Made by a program: the position numbers and the translations under genes. Positions 35,101-42,384 of a DNA stretch of 64,000 nt are shown here, in pieces. This DNA comes from Schmidtea nova. Its lineage: Eukaryota. Under the pieces are notes generated by a model. The model ran no database searches. It saw nothing but the letters and a program-made list of their open reading frames with translations, and was not told where the DNA came from. The stretch spans positions 244,528,001 through 244,592,000 of the forward strand of contig CM097882.1 in NCBI GenBank assembly GCA_044892505.1, read 5' to 3'. The stretch's first letter is position 1; each line of letters opens with the position of its first letter.

Positions 35101-38100
35101 TTTATTATTCACATACAAGTGTAGCTTGATATCCATTGTGTCGATCTTGGGTTTCGCATTCGGCACTTCTTGTTTTGACACGTATATTCCTGGATAGTTT
35201 GTTTCGTATACTGTGGTACTGCACTTAAGGGTTGCTTTCCCTTTTATGAATCTCATGCCCACATCCTGATTTGTGGTTATCAACACTGTAGGTGTGGTTC
35301 TCATCTCTATCCGTTTTTCTCTATGATCTGGCTTCAATTGTCTTTTATTCTCTAACGCTTCTTTGAGATGTTTTGCTCTAGCTTTGTCATCATCGTCTTC
35401 TTCTTGGAATGTTTTCCCTTGAATTTCGTCGAACTTTGCTCCTTGTAGCAGTTGTAATTGACATTCGTTCACTTTTGGTTTATACACCAATGTTGACATT
35501 CCCGTTTGACACATGCTTCTGTCAATTTTACACATGGATAACGTTTTCATTTCTCCTGTTGTTGGTTCGAAGAATGCTTCGTAGCTTTTCAGTTCGACTA
35601 TATACGTATCCATTACCACTAGGTTGGTTGCAGGTACTCCAAATATCGGATAGGTTTCTCCTTGACAATACCCTTCTCCTCCCGTAATTCGTCCTGCTAC
35701 ATAATACGTCTGCTGCAACATCATTCCTGGCTTTCCTTTTATCTTGATTTTATCTCTCGTTGTCACTTCTCCATGCTTGAATAATGCTTCACAGTCTTCT
35801 CCTTGTAACACGATTGGTTCTCTTTCGGTTCCTGGCATGACAATTGCTGAATAATGTCCTCTCCCACAATAGAATGCGAATCTCGTCTTCTGTACCTTGC
35901 ATTCATTCACCATTGTCTTTATTAGTTCTGCCTCTTGATACACGTGATACCATTGTTCCTTTTTGATCTCTTTCAATTCTACTGGAGTTGCATCTTTGCA
36001 CTGCTCCGTACCTCTCAATGAGTACTTTTCTCCCAATTTCATTTGATCACAATCAAATACCTCGAACGTTGTTACACCTTCTGTGCTTAACAACCATACT
36101 AACATCATCATGATTATCGAGTTTAAATTCAACGTCGATCTCCCGTTTCCTTGCATCGTTTGTCTATTCTCCATTTCTCTCAATACTCCTTCGAGTTTCT
36201 TTCTCATAACGTTAGACCCTTCTTTTGTCTGGTTCTCTTTTATGAACTTTTCCCATCCTCCTTTTCTGAGGATATATGGTTCAATTTCCTTCTCGATAAT
36301 CATCGCCGTACTCTTGATATGTCTTCCCATCGGACTTGACTTCGGACTTCCTCGGCTTAGCGTTAGCAAATTGTATATCGTATACGAGATTGCTACTAGA
36401 TATTTGCTATCCGTCTCTGCTCCGTTAAGTAGCCTTTTTACCAACATCGTGGTTCCTTGCCAATCTAGATGATTCGATTTTGTTTTCGCCTTAATCAATT
36501 CTGGCATAATCGGTGCTATTGCATTGTGTAGCATCCTTGCCTTTGTACTAGGTTCGTTTATCCGCCACAAATTCTTTAATTCCGGGTCGATTATCGCTAA
36601 CACATCCATTATCGTTTTGGTGAGCCATTCCTCTCCTTGGCAGACTTGATTCTCCTCCTTGCCTCTGATTTCTGCGATTTTATCTAATTTCTTCAAGCAA
36701 ATCTCCCATTGCTCTTGTCTCCTTTCTTCCCTTGATTTTAGGATTGTTGTTGCTGGATCTGTCTTTGGTCTTCCTCTTGGTCGTTTTTCCATTCCGGTTC
36801 CCGTTTCTACAAATCTCACTGCTCTTCCCGTTTCTTCTGTAACATCTCTTCCTTCGTTCGCTCGCTGTTCTAACCATCTTTCCATTTCTTGAGTAAACTG
36901 GGGTTGTTCTTGCTCGTCTTCCGATTCGTTTACCATTTCTATGACTACCTCCTGTTCCACTCCTTGATCGTCGATTTCTGCTGGTGACGTTATTGGCATC
37001 TCTATTATTCTGTCAAAGATGTTCGCTGTTGGTTTTTGAGTCAACTTCGTTAATTCCTCTATCGCTTCATCACTGTCTGTTAGTATCTCATCTACGTCAT
37101 ACGCTTCTGGCGGTGTTCCCTCTCTGATTTTTACTGGCATTGTCCTTGTTTGTCCCGAACTTGTTCCTGGGGTCATTGTTGACTTCATCGGACTTGGTGT
37201 ACTCATGCTTCCCTTCGCTTTCTTTTCCTCTTTAAACTTCAGTGGTTGACCCACTATCTGTGCCACTGTTAGCGTATTCATTAGATCCAATTGCACTGGT
37301 GTCAGCCAGATTTCCAAACTATTATCCAACGATCGTCCTTGATGTTGCAGGTGGAATGGTAGTTCGTACATCAGTTTCTCTTTAACACTCTTCACTTTTT
37401 CTGTTAGCATCACCCAAAACTCTTCTTTTCTTTGATTCGGATACATTATCCTCAAATGTATTTTCTGTGGCGTTTCCTCCGCAAACTCTTTGTTTCTCCA
37501 CTTTTTTATTACGTCGTCTAGTTGCTCTGGACACCACTCGTTAACTCTCTTGTATTCTGCTATCGCCTTAGCTACTTTTCTCAAGTTCGTTATGTCTTCT
37601 CCATTTGAGATTATGAAACCTGCTAAGCCTTTTATTGTTTGTCTTTTTCCCCGAGTATTTCCTCTCAACCGCTCGATCAATTCACTCGTTTTCTGTTTCT
37701 CCAATTCTGCCCATATTACTGCAGTTTCTGGTCCGTCTAAGTCCGTTGGTAGTAACCTCCTTGTTACCATACATATTCGTTTCGTATTCCGTTCATATCT
37801 GTCTTCTCCTTCCGGATCTTCTTCATACACGCCTCTTTTCACTTTCCAACATTTCTCTTTGTTATCCCATTGTTTCTCTACTGGCGTCAATCGTCGTCTG
37901 TTGAGATCCAATTCTCCCAATATTGTCTCCCATTCTGGCTTCATCTGCCAGTTCCGATAGATTTCTACTATCTGTCTCAGCTTGCGCATAACGTCCTCTT
38001 GTCGTTTCTTTTTCCTTTCCTCATCTCTTGGTGTTGCTCTTGGCACATCATCCATTCTGATGACGTGTATTGTCTGATAATTATCCCATATGCCGATTTT

Positions 38101-41043
38101 GTACGCTCGTCTTTCGTCACGTTCGTTCAGTAGATGTTCTTTGTATTTTATCGCAATGTCATCCTCAAATTCGTCTTCCCGTTCTCGTTGCAATATCTTC
38201 TCGTTGATGACCTCTACTATTTCTCCCACTTTACTATCTGGTATTACCTCAATTTGTCTTGTCTCTTCGTTTGGTAATCTCACGGTAATCTTCAGATCTG
38301 ATACTTCTCCTCGTCTAAACATTTCTTTTCCTATCTTTGCGATTAGCTTGTCCGTTTTGAAATTCGAATGTCTCGTTTGACTTGTATCTCGTATGTTCTC
38401 GATACATTGCTTCAAATTCTCATACTCGCTTTTCGTCAGTTCCTTTCGATGTTTCTTGATTTGTTGGATGATCTGTTCTATCATCGTATTCAAATTCTCT
38501 GCCAAGATTCTTTCTTTTGCCTCTACCAACTGAGGTTTTATTCTCATCTCGTAACACGTATTCGCTTCTTTGATGATTCCTTGTAAGTTCTCTTCCTTCT
38601 TGGTGTTGCATATAGATAACGTTGTTATTTCTCCTGGCCAGATGCCTGTATCTATCATATGCGTTCCCTTTTTCACCAATCCGTTTTCCGAATATATGAA
38701 CTTGTCTTTGTACGAGCTTCCCAATCTGTCCTCAACCCATCTGTAAATTCCATCCGTCATTGGGTTCCTTATCCAGATTCTCGGTGAACACTCGTTTATC
38801 CATATCTGTATTATGTATTCGTTGAGTGGTTCTTTCAATAACTTCTCTATGAACTCTTGTATTACCCTCACTTCTCTTTCTTGTAACCACTCTTTGTACT
38901 TCATTTGCCATACTGCTCGTATAAACTTTCGGTATCGTTTCGTGTCAATAAACTCCTCGTTATGGATTACTTCCAACGCGTTATCCATCAGCTTCTGAAT
39001 TTCGTCTTCCGTTACTGACACTGTTTCCATCGTCTCAACTACTTCCATCTTTTTGTCCTCGTTTTCCGGTTCCTTTAGCATGTCTCCTGCCAGACTGCTA
39101 ACTTCGCTGTTGTCTTCTTCATCTGACAACTCTTGTCTTGGGTGTCTTAGCATCCCAATATGTGCGGTTGGTCTTGTTTCGTTTTTGCTAACTTCTTGTA
39201 TTAGTTCATTCTCGTTTCCTGTTACTTCAGCTTTTCCCATTCTTTTCTCCAACTCCTCTATTTCTTCCAACCGTCTTCGTCTTATTTTTCCCTTGAATAT
39301 TCGACTGATCCGAGTTTGATGTTTCACTGGTGGGGGAATTTTCTCCGGTTCCACCTCTCTGATGATCATCACGTTTATTTTCGTCTCCGTTACTCCCATA
39401 TCTTCCCATATATCGGTCATCTTTAACTTCACTTCTGGCAAATCCTCTGTTTGTAGGAATGCTTCTCTGGGCAGTTTCGTCACTCCCGGAATCATCTCAT
39501 TTACTTTATTGAACAATCTTCCCACTTCTTCTTTTACATCGTATTTGAATCGCCACACGTGATCATTCGGCATGATCACCAACATTCCTCTTTGTTTGAT
39601 TCTCACTTCCTCTTCTTGATTCGTTTCTTTTTCTGTTTCTTTTTCTGTTTCTGTTTCTTTTTCTTCTTCTTCATCTTTTTGATTCTGCTCTGTAGTTTCT
39701 ACTTCCTGACTCACTTCTTCTTGTTTCTGCTCTTCGTTTCTTTTCTCTTTAACTTCTAACTCGTCTGACTCATCCTGCTGCTTCTCTTCCATCATTGCTC
39801 GCATCATGTTGATCCTTGGATTTCCCTTTTTTAACTGTTGTAATCGTTGTTGCCTGACTTGTTCTTCTTCTCGTCGTACTCTAGCCCATTCTTGATTATG
39901 TTTCTGTTGACTCTCTCTGTTTTCTCTTTCGGCCTCAGCTTCTATTAACTGGATCATGTTTATCTTTGGTTGAGCAGCTTGTTGGCTTCCCTTTGCCATG
40001 CTTTCGATTATCTCGTGTAATCTGGATACCTCCTGTCTCAACTTAGCTTCTTTCATACTAGCTTCGTTTGCACTGCTGTTTGGGTTGTTCCGTTGTTGAC
40101 CCTGATTCCCATAGCTTGGTCGATTCCCGTAATTCGGTCTATTTCCACTGTTTGACCAACTTCTCTGTTGATTACAATCTCTTGACATGTGTCCGGTTTT
40201 TCCACATGTGTAACACGTTTTCCCATAACATCGATTTTCTGAGTGACCTTTTTGTCCACACAGTTTACAGGCTACATTCTGGAAACACTCTTGTTGCCAA
40301 TGTCCGTTTTTCCCACACGTCTGACATTGCCTATTCTGCCTGTCATTGTAACTATTTCCTCCATTCGTATTCACCGTAATATATCCGTTATTCTTCCTCG
40401 CTGGCGGTTCTTTGAACAATCTCTGCGAATGGGGAATACTTTGATTCATGTTTCTTTTTCCTTGTTCTTCATCTTCTGTCGTTTTTCCCATTACCGCCGT
40501 AATTCTCATGTCGTTCATTTCCATATGCAATTCGAATAGGTTGGCTGCTTCCAACGCTTCATCTACTGTTTTACATCCTTTGCATCCCACTTGTGCTCTG
40601 ATGTCAGGTCTCCTGAGACCTCGTACGAATAACGCTGTCATCAATTCTTCGTCTACTGGATTTCCTCTGTTAAATGCCAGTTTCGCCAACTTTCTTAATT
40701 CACTTGCGTACACTGCATTTGACTCGTTTCTCCTCTGTTTTCTTGCTGAGAACTCATCAAACGCTTCGTTCAACACTTTATTTATCCCAAACGTCTGTTG
40801 GAAGAACTCCTTGATTGCTTCCCACGTTCTGGGTGGATTACTTCCCGATCTCTTCTCAATATACAGATCCAATGCGCTATCTTTCAAGTATAGCGGGATT
40901 CGATTCGCTAACGTTTCTGCACTCCATCCGCATATATCCACGAATATGCCAAATTCTTTCAGGAACGTGTCCAATCTACTGGCGTCTCCATTAAATGGTT
41001 CGCCCTTGAATTTTTCTCTTAGATCTTCTCTGTGATCACTCAT
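26143..41043 (-). CDS. gag-pol: 4966-aa Gag-accessory-Env-Pol-accessory polyprotein
   Basis: Single open frame with CA-like N-terminus, 3 CCHC knuckles, DTG protease, YIDD RT, RNase H (TDAS), HHCC and DDE integrase, plus extra domains listed separately. Confidence 0.97.
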   Translation of the reverse strand: MSDHREDLREKFKGEPFNGDASRLDTFLKEFGIFVDICGWSAETLANRIPLYLKDSALDLYIEKRSGSNPPRTWEAIKEFFQQTFGINKVLNEAFDEFSARKQRRNESNAVYASELRKLAKLAFNRGNPVDEELMTALFVRGLRRPDIRAQVGCKGCKTVDEALEAANLFELHMEMNDMRITAVMGKTTEDEEQGKRNMNQSIPHSQRLFKEPPARKNNGYITVNTNGGNSYNDRQNRQCQTCGKNGHWQQECFQNVACKLCGQKGHSENRCYGKTCYTCGKTGHMSRDCNQQRSWSNSGNRPNYGNRPSYGNQGQQRNNPNSSANEASMKEAKLRQEVSRLHEIIESMAKGSQQAAQPKINMIQLIEAEAERENRESQQKHNQEWARVRREEEQVRQQRLQQLKKGNPRINMMRAMMEEKQQDESDELEVKEKRNEEQKQEEVSQEVETTEQNQKDEEEEKETETEKETEKETNQEEEVRIKQRGMLVIMPNDHVWRFKYDVKEEVGRLFNKVNEMIPGVTKLPREAFLQTEDLPEVKLKMTDIWEDMGVTETKINVMIIREVEPEKIPPPVKHQTRISRIFKGKIRRRRLEEIEELEKRMGKAEVTGNENELIQEVSKNETRPTAHIGMLRHPRQELSDEEDNSEVSSLAGDMLKEPENEDKKMEVVETMETVSVTEDEIQKLMDNALEVIHNEEFIDTKRYRKFIRAVWQMKYKEWLQEREVRVIQEFIEKLLKEPLNEYIIQIWINECSPRIWIRNPMTDGIYRWVEDRLGSSYKDKFIYSENGLVKKGTHMIDTGIWPGEITTLSICNTKKEENLQGIIKEANTCYEMRIKPQLVEAKERILAENLNTMIEQIIQQIKKHRKELTKSEYENLKQCIENIRDTSQTRHSNFKTDKLIAKIGKEMFRRGEVSDLKITVRLPNEETRQIEVIPDSKVGEIVEVINEKILQREREDEFEDDIAIKYKEHLLNERDERRAYKIGIWDNYQTIHVIRMDDVPRATPRDEERKKKRQEDVMRKLRQIVEIYRNWQMKPEWETILGELDLNRRRLTPVEKQWDNKEKCWKVKRGVYEEDPEGEDRYERNTKRICMVTRRLLPTDLDGPETAVIWAELEKQKTSELIERLRGNTRGKRQTIKGLAGFIISNGEDITNLRKVAKAIAEYKRVNEWCPEQLDDVIKKWRNKEFAEETPQKIHLRIMYPNQRKEEFWVMLTEKVKSVKEKLMYELPFHLQHQGRSLDNSLEIWLTPVQLDLMNTLTVAQIVGQPLKFKEEKKAKGSMSTPSPMKSTMTPGTSSGQTRTMPVKIREGTPPEAYDVDEILTDSDEAIEELTKLTQKPTANIFDRIIEMPITSPAEIDDQGVEQEVVIEMVNESEDEQEQPQFTQEMERWLEQRANEGRDVTEETGRAVRFVETGTGMEKRPRGRPKTDPATTILKSREERRQEQWEICLKKLDKIAEIRGKEENQVCQGEEWLTKTIMDVLAIIDPELKNLWRINEPSTKARMLHNAIAPIMPELIKAKTKSNHLDWQGTTMLVKRLLNGAETDSKYLVAISYTIYNLLTLSRGSPKSSPMGRHIKSTAMIIEKEIEPYILRKGGWEKFIKENQTKEGSNVMRKKLEGVLREMENRQTMQGNGRSTLNLNSIIMMMLVWLLSTEGVTTFEVFDCDQMKLGEKYSLRGTEQCKDATPVELKEIKKEQWYHVYQEAELIKTMVNECKVQKTRFAFYCGRGHYSAIVMPGTEREPIVLQGEDCEALFKHGEVTTRDKIKIKGKPGMMLQQTYYVAGRITGGEGYCQGETYPIFGVPATNLVVMDTYIVELKSYEAFFEPTTGEMKTLSMCKIDRSMCQTGMSTLVYKPKVNECQLQLLQGAKFDEIQGKTFQEEDDDDKARAKHLKEALENKRQLKPDHREKRIEMRTTPTVLITTNQDVGMRFIKGKATLKCSTTVYETNYPGIYVSKQEVPNAKPKIDTMDIKLHLYVNNKMDFLFHRGQASLQKVYYDLINNDCILNREILKTKLAVAITNPDSAMPLLPLREGHFGRVVGEAMYVYICEKTHASLAATTQLKPGQCTNELEIDYKGKVRYVQPVTRIINPPGFEPNPFNCSNAYGPLYQKPDGKWVMFPGRTEVLAPREFELMQLSKDRQFSDVDVSNNGIYSPKDLEAARQNILFPARREALLSNIVTITGGTDYREGPNYELLLSPAHFKKATENMMKAMWGRFLIFGQMMAGILGVILIIQIVRVIITQMLACFDIYKREKKVNWKMVVGFLPFLAKTMVLHGHSKDIHRIKRLLKILAKMRGTNEDVGRKFKKIMQDEQARRQLKKERKGLWERVRGYRTQDDSSNDDDDDDDRGGQANINQIPQYNEKSAVENWRYSAPPQSMYNEPIYKAKPNMMQMMPMTSIYPIIPEGCKVKRGGSVNSLKDTHTIAVMSTNMGPILTTTVEINGREIEAMIDTGANISAIDINYIPEKNQGEIEKTNVHVIACSQETVEVAGRWFVKIKHRGAEINTYIAVIPSLSVPCIIGTDLMPDLFKEIVIDLGAMKLKDRTGKICRMKVKVASAEQIVVPARHEMMCYVKIDSTIKGDMIFEPSKKFEAKKELPMARELVTINQEGEIPINLVNFDEEDKIIYENERLGKLTPMSEIEIPDKNEKGKGELPWKIDSVLLDERQKEQLQKLLMEYKDIFAASDLDLGTCDVTLHTIPLTDETPIALRPYKLAEAQKAVAEEEVQKMLDAEVIEPSCSPWQFPVVMVKKKDGTQRFCIDYRRLNAVTKRDTYPLPDINEMLLTLQGAAYFTSLDLKSGYWQIKMKDEDKEKTAFTIGRDLYQFKKMPFGLTNAPASFQRCMNFVTHGIKQCMVYIDDLLIYSATFEDHLQDIRNVFVKLRQWKLKLKPSKCDWAKEKVTFLGHIVSAKGKEPDPRNIEKVKECPPPKTVTQIQEFLGLCGYYRKFIKDYAGISKPMQELVRQDVSFVWGTEQQAAFETLRDKLITAPILVHPDFKKPFLLATDASGYAAGAVLGQFDEEGKERVIGYYSRTFRKHERNYSVTEREAYAIILAIKHFKYLLWGHEIYITTDHQPLVWLGQHKESSSRLMRWAMQLQEYSPFIKFKAGKANANADCMSRFIFPELVNLNALKICALIAEDLDFSELRKDQLGDEELGLISQYLKEKEIEIFGKNQVLREHMQKYQHRYVMEKGWLLIQDGERRLMCLPANRRKEIMTQYHDGKLGGHMSVKKTIGRLRQKYFWPTMEDDVKEWIKNCLTCATRKNVGTKWKTPLKPMPIPAEPMATIAMDVVGPLPESLKGNQYILVVTDYLTKFPEAFAIPDQKAKTVARILVEEICCRYGTPKKILTDQGTNFMSEILDEVTNYFRIAKLRTSPYHPQTNGQTERFNGTLIRMLSNYVSKHQTDWDEYINLCLMAYRMSIHAATKLSPFQLMYGRDCNLPIDLEYQPPLSQYMEVDDYVTKFKERMQEIWKTAELNIKFYQESYKDLHDQKKNVKAHDLKVGDWVIIETPEIIPGTVKKLQRPGKGPYEITTVNENNVRVRLVNNPLVRPIYVNACRCRKIPKTVTLLPEKRVMTRSQTARISMLRVQQKPQTSLEDNRREIIDIKELAKKTREIIPEWKWWHDFNILSEVRKNVMDYAKDRTAHPITRTLLEEIPQTLNLQDKDGNTALHNAIKHSGNEKVKEIVEMILEGGGEIDKVNWEGITPLMMMTIHGRNDEIIKLFGNTRSNWLTKDKEGRTFLNHAIDRANHRILKYITENATWEINELTRGSIMKQAIGVKNSKTWRILLKWKRPEGDSWVIDCNEVFTRGENALLKHLLEVTYDPKTLAVLVARDTLRVSENPREYKLEDRKKELFGLIKKWCDKQWNPDMSFEHFYDIQKQHKEISKRYKELVEALKYGQFFRQAVYQDQRMKQMQTRIRSKAVLFNAKADYQERLNAIVAKAQEKLSEFKENKNSLEILGTITEKVHRYAEGDYNESDIETIKNQMPVAFLLSKDGRLPIHWALRRKKENEVLEITKAMVKCEADMNTADDNGDTIMIIAARKKTNCKVLNELYEAGAKIEGKNGKNNSIIDIAIQWNNFEMIKFIKSIKKQDDIEYLANNVKNFSLTVMIHDIEKTRALLTWVNPVTKEPAFKINDHMEQNQNWCIRSALLRHKKPEIVEEFLKRRDLKFTNNSKEQERIGRWKDLFRKYVKEWANAKETIKQSRLKDIEPSKDMEIREFESSTLAVQAYERLIEEINVEDDISKGPGGGYRDFDDKSDSKKEDNKDNNEDNEKERQEEPKPTRNDKKGEAEERENSGTEDEHANYGKRTGSLLLRPEMLCIAILITIIGQGEAKKQYVTLEIIRGNEVYERICWKENLKKNDTLKCILSDLKRDVIQIKGLEKEKSYIICAIKQRGEPKAPQVTACQLYKATEALKIQKWIEKRSKETTRRTEVESEKGKNQTEAEEGIRNRTEKERITKNPAGKLTFQPELICVALILILIKRIMEDIDISVMTLVNIQDQRTTNGRCWGRNNEVIGISETRESREAETNEEIEITEMETEKTCELCLMEKAANGNRPGTSECKVFQAKEIIEFPKRKKQDQETIANEVVTVEIKNIGRRTIGMCWRKYIGIPTNNIIPQCRTRERGIPFQLNGFEVGQAYEICVIRRIREIIQRSLECKLYQTPEQINGTRTIEMGRSRQRKRKSRRTTTTNSQRTQQATTERTTIENEPESTTLIIWKIHKKVLEICWTLMPNSMRESPRNCQKTSNDKRETIEVEMRRLKTNAEYEVCAIEEVDAQGNQQERCETYYTPRNITIKGGTRKLEFRELSQKREQNEKEETIPNRQEKWEPEKVIEEVRRRQQQYEQWEAEWKGQYGVMINQSETPRMSIGKTVMGLISMGVFIACIPLITIMIVCWRYGMRNKTIAVKWPDVKVTNYNIKLSKEVREELKRRSKHEEMWVQIEDEELYEGKPVVIV
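26330..28068 (-). other. C-terminal membrane module: two signal/TM-like segments, about four FN3-like repeats, final TM
   Basis: IKGLEKEKSYIICA, ITEMETEKTCELC, LNGFEVGQAYEICV, MRRLKTNAEYEVCA match the FN3 L-x-x-L-x4-Y-x-V strand; TM VMGLISMGVFIACIPLITIMIVCW. Confidence 0.6.
28765..30054 (-). other. Two clusters of about three ankyrin repeats (29760-30054 and 28765-29052)
   Basis: DKDGNTALHNA, NWEGITPLMM, DKEGRTFLNHA; KDGRLPIHWA, DDNGDTIMIIAA, GKNNSIIDIA. Confidence 0.88.
30400..31400 (-). other. Integrase (HHCC, DDE, GPY/F)
   Basis: HDGKLGGH..CLTC; MDVVGPLP; TDQGTNF; HPQTNGQTERFN; GPYEI. Confidence 0.96.
31680..32060 (-). other. RNase H
   Basis: LATDASG, YSVTEREA, TDHQPL, NANADCMSR. Confidence 0.95.
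32310..32970 (-). other. Reverse transcriptase
   Basis: SPWQFPVV, RFCIDYRRLN, LDLKSGYWQI, MPFGLTNAPASFQR, YIDD (32461-32472). Confidence 0.97.
33400..33740 (-). other. Aspartic protease
   Basis: EINGREIEAMIDTGANIS (DTG at 33679-33687), IIGTDL. Confidence 0.93.
34200..36120 (-). other. Envelope glycoprotein (chuvirus G / herpes gB-type class III fusogen-like) in the polyprotein
   Basis: Internal signal-like SIIMMMLVWLLS; FDC...YSL...C start; Cys-rich ectodomain with CILNREILKTKLA, GEAMYVYIC, CTNELEIDYKG..YVQPVTRII, C..AYGPLY..W; TM at 34297-34392. Confidence 0.8.
36238..36708 (-). other. Bcl-2-like domain in the polyprotein
   Basis: Multi-helical region ending in BH2-like PYILRKGGWEKF; BH1-like DWQG is weak. 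Confidence 0.7.
37249..37461 (-). other. Ubiquitin/SUMO-like domain 2 in the polyprotein
   Basis: IHLRIMYPNQRKEEFWV..TEKVKSVKEKL..FHLQHQGRSLDNS..L..MNTLTV. Confidence 0.55.
38053..38295 (-). other. Ubiquitin-like domain 1 in the polyprotein
   Basis: LKITVRLPNEETRQIEVIPDSKVGEI...IAIKYKEHLL..GIWDNYQTIHVI follows a beta-grasp pattern. Confidence 0.6.
40174..41043 (-). other. Gag capsid plus three CX2CX4HX4C zinc knuckles
   Basis: PFNGD..FL..F; W..IKEFF..TF; KQRRNES..Y; LFVRGL; CQTCGKNGHWQQEC, CKLCGQKGHSENRC, CYTCGKTGHMSRDC. Confidence 0.93.
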
Positions 41044-41917
41044 CCCGATTCCACTATCTTGGAATGCTGTACTAGTTTTCTTTACTTCTAGTTCACCACT
41101 TGTTTCTGAATTCGACTCTTCTTCTTCGCTACTCTCTGTTTCGTTATCTCTTGATTCGCTTCTTGTTCTGTTTTCCCTGACTAGTTCACTGTCTATCGTC
41201 TCTACTTCGTTTTGTACTTCTAGATCTTCTGGGGTTTCTTCTTGATTCTCTTTATTACTCGAATTATCGCTGATCTCTACTTGTTTGTTCTTTTGTTGCT
41301 TAGGCTTGTTACCTGTTCTTGTCCTTTTCGCTGCTTTTCTTTCTGCTTCCGTTAAGATTGGTATTATACCTGATCTTGTTTCTCGTCCCTCAATTTTGTC
41401 TATTCCTCAACTGCTTATATTCTCAACTGCTTTTCTACTCCGCTTTTGCTTTGCTTCTTCTTTGATTTGTTTCTTTTGATTGCTCTGACTGCTAGATTGC
41501 TTTGAATTGCTTGATTGATTTGTTTCCTTAAAACAAATAATCACTTACACGATACGTCCCCGTTATCGTGTTTCTCGTCCCTCTCACGGGTGTAGTCATA
41601 ATTCATGAAGATCCCCATTTTTCAAATTTCCCTTGATTTTAAGTCTATTTAAATTATCTATGCAGTCGCATCAATTATCTATTCTTTATCAAATACACCA
41701 ATTACTTTTCCCCAGTTCCCCAATTACTTTGTCGCTCAGCGCTCTTATTATCCCCTTTACTTTTCTCAGGCTTCTCTGGCTCTGAGTTCAAATTTCCCCT
41801 TATCTGTCGACTACTCTGTTTCTCGACTATTCGCTTTATCTCCTATTCACACTACGTTTACTACTTCATTTCAATTCTCATCTCTACTCACCTTTAATTC
41901 GACTGACATCTCTCGTT

Positions 41918-42384
41918 GGCCTGCTGGGCTTTCCAGTCAGCGCCTTTCATCTCACCTTTTATCTCGACTTTATTACTCTCAACATCACTCATTATCTCAT
42001 TAGCCTGCTGGGTTTTCCAGTCAGCGCTTTTAATCTCACCTTTTATTGTTATCTCGTTACTCTCGACCACGACTGTCGTTTCATTAGCCTGCTGGGTTTT
42101 CCAGTCAGCGCTCTTGTTATCCTCCATTTATCTCTTTACTGTCGACTTTTAACTGCTCTTGACTCCGATGATCATCACTTTTGACCTGCTGGGTCTTCCA
42201 GTCAGCGTCCTCACTTTCACCACTTTATTATTACTCACTTTTATTCTCTCGATCTTTCCTGATCGTTATCATTGACCTGCTGGGTTTTCCAGCTAGCGTC
42301 TTTACCACTTTACCTGTCTTAACAAACCGGTTTTATTTTACTCTCTTCGAATCTCATGGTCTGCTGGTTTTTCCAGTCAGCACC
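41918..42384 (-). ncRNA. Array of six 27-nt bulged stem-loops (putative cis-acting RNA element)
   Basis: Copies at 41918, 42002, 42086, 42183, 42274 and 42358; consensus NNN-G-CTG-A-CTGG-(5-nt loop)-CCAG-CAG-NNN with covarying basal stems. Confidence 0.7.

Noticed and set aside
26266-41035. Dozens of short + strand ORFs overlapping the polyprotein, and similar shadow ORFs over the 3' cassette and the left copy
   Set aside because: Antisense shadows of a purine-biased coding strand; F/L/S-rich with no motifs
41894-42127. 77-aa ORF with repeated ADWKTQQA peptide
   Set aside because: The three upstream repeat copies hit stops and shift frame; covariation supports RNA structure rather than protein
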